A stretch of 54,743 nucleotides of DNA, counting the filler, from Basidiobolus ranarum (Eukaryota), in NCBI GenBank assembly GCA_040143965.1. It is 5 parts of 5 records of this genome, joined end to end, with 100 filler letters (N's around TTAATTAATTAA, not from the genome) between each part and the next. Parts side by side here need not be neighbours in the genome. Positions count along the whole stretch, not along the records: positions 43,889 to 54,743 come from JASJQH010000660.1; 4 more parts are not named here. One strand, 5' to 3'. This document shows, one piece after another, positions 51,730-54,743 of the stretch. The notes beneath the pieces were generated by a model. It had not been told where the DNA came from. It searched no databases and saw nothing but the letters and a program-made list of their open reading frames with translations. Made by a program: the position numbers and the translations under genes. Each line of letters opens with the position of its first letter. Position 1 is the stretch's first letter.

Positions 51730-52079
51730 TGTTGAAATTAGGTAAATAGCAACTTATTATTTAGTAGTTAGTTTATTTGTATTTCAATCATTTGGCACTC
51801 AATTCTGTAATTAAGAAATGTGTTTTTTTGCTCTAATTGATAGAACTATCAATGCAATGACTTTTACCAATTTTCACTATTTTCTCAGCACTTCTCTAAA
51901 TCATCTCAATAATCACCCATGCTTGACAGGCATGTTTGTTATGATCTAACCACATCCAATGATTCCATTAGATAGTAATCTATAAATAGAAGGTATTCAA
52001 TTCAATAAAACATAAGTGTCAAATTCACAAATCCATATCTTGTCCAAAACACTTCCAGGTCCCCTAAACACTTTTATCA
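51730..52079 (+). repeat. Copia 3' LTR (350 bp)
   Basis: Preceded by purine tract aagtgggaa (51721-51729). Runs TGTTG...TATCA and contains TATAAATA (51981) and AATAAA (52004). Confidence 0.85.
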
Positions 52080-53158
52080 AGCTAAACAACCATTTGGACA
52101 TTAATGTAATTTAATACTGAAGGATTATCAGTCATGCAATTGACAAGTGTTTTCCACTTTTATCAGGCTGGTGGTAAGCAACACTTGCTAATCAAATGTG
52201 GCAAAAGTGTAAGAAAACCAATAAGCACTGGTTGCCAAGATTTGCTTGAACTCTTCACTCCTCAATAGTTAGAGCGGCTTCACCTACTATAAGTGTTATA
52301 AGTGGACTATTGCTTGCTAATAACAAAGAGTCTGCAAGAAAGCTGCTGTCTTCTTCTTCAACTTCTGATATGTTATCATCAGTACTGGTATAACCAAGGT
52401 CAACATCTAGCAGCATGTCTGCAAAATTGTCTGGACTTAATGGTTTGACCAAGGTTGCATTTATACCTACATCAATCTGGTGATATAACTGTGGTAACTC
52501 CATGGTATCTTGACTTTTGGCAGCATCACCATAAATTTGAGGCCAAGAACAGCCAGTGGACTCATTGGGCAAAGCTAAAGTCAATCTTGAGCACCTATTA
52601 ATGTTAACATTCACTAGGCTTTTTGCAGCTGGTGGCTTTCTACAGTGACCATGCTTTTGATTATTTTTTTTATGAAGCCTGTGGCTTTCATAGCACAAGA
52701 ATTTGTGAGAATAATAGCCAGGCTTCTTTAAACATTTGTGCTGCAGCATCACAAGGATATTGTAGAAAGAAGAACACCTTCTATGGAAGGGTGGTATTTT
52801 AGCATAGCCTATCAATACTATGAGCTTATTCTGACACAGTGAGATGGTGTCACAGATGAGCCATCAGGGGATTTACAAGATTTTTTGGTAATGGATGGCA
52901 ATTTTGGTTTATTATAAGCTGTTTCTAAGCAATTTCATTACGCCATGTTTACCATCTGAAAATTGCAACACCATTCAGAAAGCATGCAAATTCCAAGTCC
53001 AAATTGGCTTCCAAGACAAAGCCTGCAGGTATGAAAGGAAAAAAATCAGCAAGAACAGAGGACTTCATTGATGGGCAGACTAGCAATTCACTATCCACTT
53101 TGTAACCTAACAAAAATAAAATCGATTAGATCCACATTGGATCCACCCTCCAAAAGAG

Positions 53159-53247
53159 TAAAACCATCAGAGAACCATCACAATATCAGTAGCTTGCATT
53201 CTGCCAGTGATTTTGATGGTGTGACAATGGTTTCTTGATGGTATTTA
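53159..53247. repeat. Imperfect inverted repeat built from ACCATC motifs, likely CACTA subterminal region
   Basis: taaaaccatcagagaaccatcacaatatca versus the reverse complement of 53214-53247 (taaataccatcaagaaaccattgtcacaccatca). Confidence 0.6.
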
Positions 53248-53423
53248 ACAGTATTCATACATGTTAAAATATTGATTCTCAAATTGGCATGCATTATTCA
53301 ATATCAGGCATTTTATGCAAATATACAATTTTTGAAGGACAAATTACCGGGTTTACTGTGGTAGGAATTCAATTTAATATGCATGCCTTTATTTAGATAT
53401 TTTAGGCTTTGTATTTGAGCCTT

Positions 53424-54743
53424 AATGAGAATCAAAAAATACAAGAATCATGTTGTGTTTAGTCTCTACATATGTACATACTGGACTGATTAGACATAAC
53501 TCAACAACATCAATATGCTTTACCAGCAAACTAACGGTGGAAAAATTGCTAAACATCTGAAGTTTTGAATAGCACTGACACTTGGCAAATAGCTGACTCT
53601 TGTTACCATTCACAATGAGAATAAGCTCTTGGATTTTGGCAAATTTCCGTAAAGAATTCAGCCAATATATCCCCAACTTGCAGTCAACAAATGTCCTGCC
53701 ACAAGTAGAGGTGTCATTGCTGGAATTGATGACCCTATGGCTAAAACAATAATACTGTGTATCTTGATCTATCTCACCTAGAAGTCTGTCTTACAGCTTT
53801 CCTAAAAGTACCATCAAGTTATCACACAAGCAAATTAGTCTGGATATAGAGGAACTTACTCTGAGTCCATGCATTGGGCTTTGTTGCGGTTATTGTGCTC
53901 AAACAATGCAAAAACCCATGAGCACATTGCAAAGAGCCCTTTGTTGGCAGGTTAATATACTCTGGAGTCTCCTTAACCCATCACATTACATCCATCACTG
54001 ATTTAGCTGATACATTATTAATCAGATTAGCATACAGTAATACTGATAATTTCACACGGAGCATCATGTCACCACAGGTGCACTCCATTGGGAACTCCCA
54101 GAATGCATAGCAAGGGCCTGTAATCTCTAAGCATTGTGAAAGAAGCCGCAGGGAATTTATTGAATACCAGCATAGATTCAGTCTATCTTCTTCAAACCTG
54201 TAAGAAAGTTTTTCATATCCAATTACAAAATCTTTGCACAGTCACTGTATCTGGCTGAGATCTGCCAATGTGAGTTGATGCCGTAAGAATATATTAACAA
54301 TATCCACAAACAACTCCCTATGTTGCCAATATATATCAGGCCAGAATCTTTTCCAAATTCCACTTAAATATATACAAATCTAATACTTCCAGTCTTTGCA
54401 TGTGAATAAATGCCAAGATGAGTGGATATTGATGGGAGTCCTGGCAAAATATGATGGTATCTTTATGTTTTCAAATATTTTCTCAATTGATTCAAACTTT
54501 GATCCTATCTTGAATGGCTCATTCATATTGAATTTTCCACTATATAGCTGAGTAAGTGGTATTTGAATGTTGTTGAATAGTAAGTGCATAGTGCCTAAAG
54601 GGAAGCTCTGAGTCCAGCTGATCCCCTTTAGCAATATAATCTTAGGCTTATGGCTAATACTAAGTTTGATGTTAGACTGACTATTTGGTGAATTGATAGG
54701 AGTGACCAGGTTGAAATCTGACCAGGCTCTTGATGGTTAAATC
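53424..54743 (-). mobile_element. Second CACTA copy (internally deleted derivative), running off the window end
   Basis: Colinear with 44425-44533, 44914-44951 and 45956-47107. Includes the ORF fragment 'LKGISWTQSFPLGTMHLLFNN' (54380..54634). Confidence 0.9.

Larger units (their letters stand above)
47781..52079 (+). mobile_element. Ty1/Copia LTR retrotransposon, decayed
   Basis: Domain order is zinc knuckle (CKYCKKAGYTIKDC), protease (WYIDSGAS), integrase (WHRRLSH, HSDLCGP, RSDNGEEY), RT (ALYGDDLII), RNase H (YSDADW, EDNQ, ADILTK). Ends are TG...CA, with degenerate 5-bp TSD agcca (47776-47780) / agcta (52080-52084). Confidence 0.95.
45655..52815 (-). mobile_element. CACTA/EnSpm DNA transposon, decayed transposase (Transposase_21/Tnp2-type), interrupted by Copia at 47781-52079
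   Basis: Fragments 'CPNGCLA|FTGD', 'WPIILINLNFPP...IISGPKSP..IDSFLQPMIAEFELL..G', 'GETPASSK', 'FPLGTMHLLFHN', 'WKNW' and 'GPCYTFWEFPM', with many stops and frameshifts. Termini were not identified. Confidence 0.88.

Overview
The window is fungal nuclear DNA with short GT-AG introns and low GC. The gene set suggests an early-diverging fungus (Zoopagomycota/Mucoromycota-like; this is inference). It is not one locus. Five length-sorted contigs (10879, 10877, 10871, 10861 and 10855 bp) are joined by artificial 100-nt N/TTAATTAATTAA linkers. Contig 1 carries two divergent, intronless, bacterial-style GH18 genes and a secreted Ser/Thr-rich gene fused to a transposon fragment. Contigs 2-4 are mostly housekeeping: MKT1, UBC4, a GPI protein, transgelin, a fibrillarin-like 5' end, TIM50, NAM9, a p24 protein, MSY1, SDH6, APT1, SSB-type Hsp70, a glycine-rich RRM protein, an M13 peptidase, G-alpha, an intronless GltP-like symporter and an ING 5' end. 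Contig 5 is a CpG-depleted nest of decayed mobile DNA: a Harbinger/IS5-like fragment and two CACTA copies, one interrupted by a Ty1/Copia element. The Copia in turn contains a 282-bp solo-LTR-like insert carrying a 73-nt tRNA-like cloverleaf. The most unusual signal is a pair of adjacent, intronless, divergent RNA polymerase RPB5-like and RPB10-like ORFs beside the CACTA transposase, possibly of giant-virus origin.
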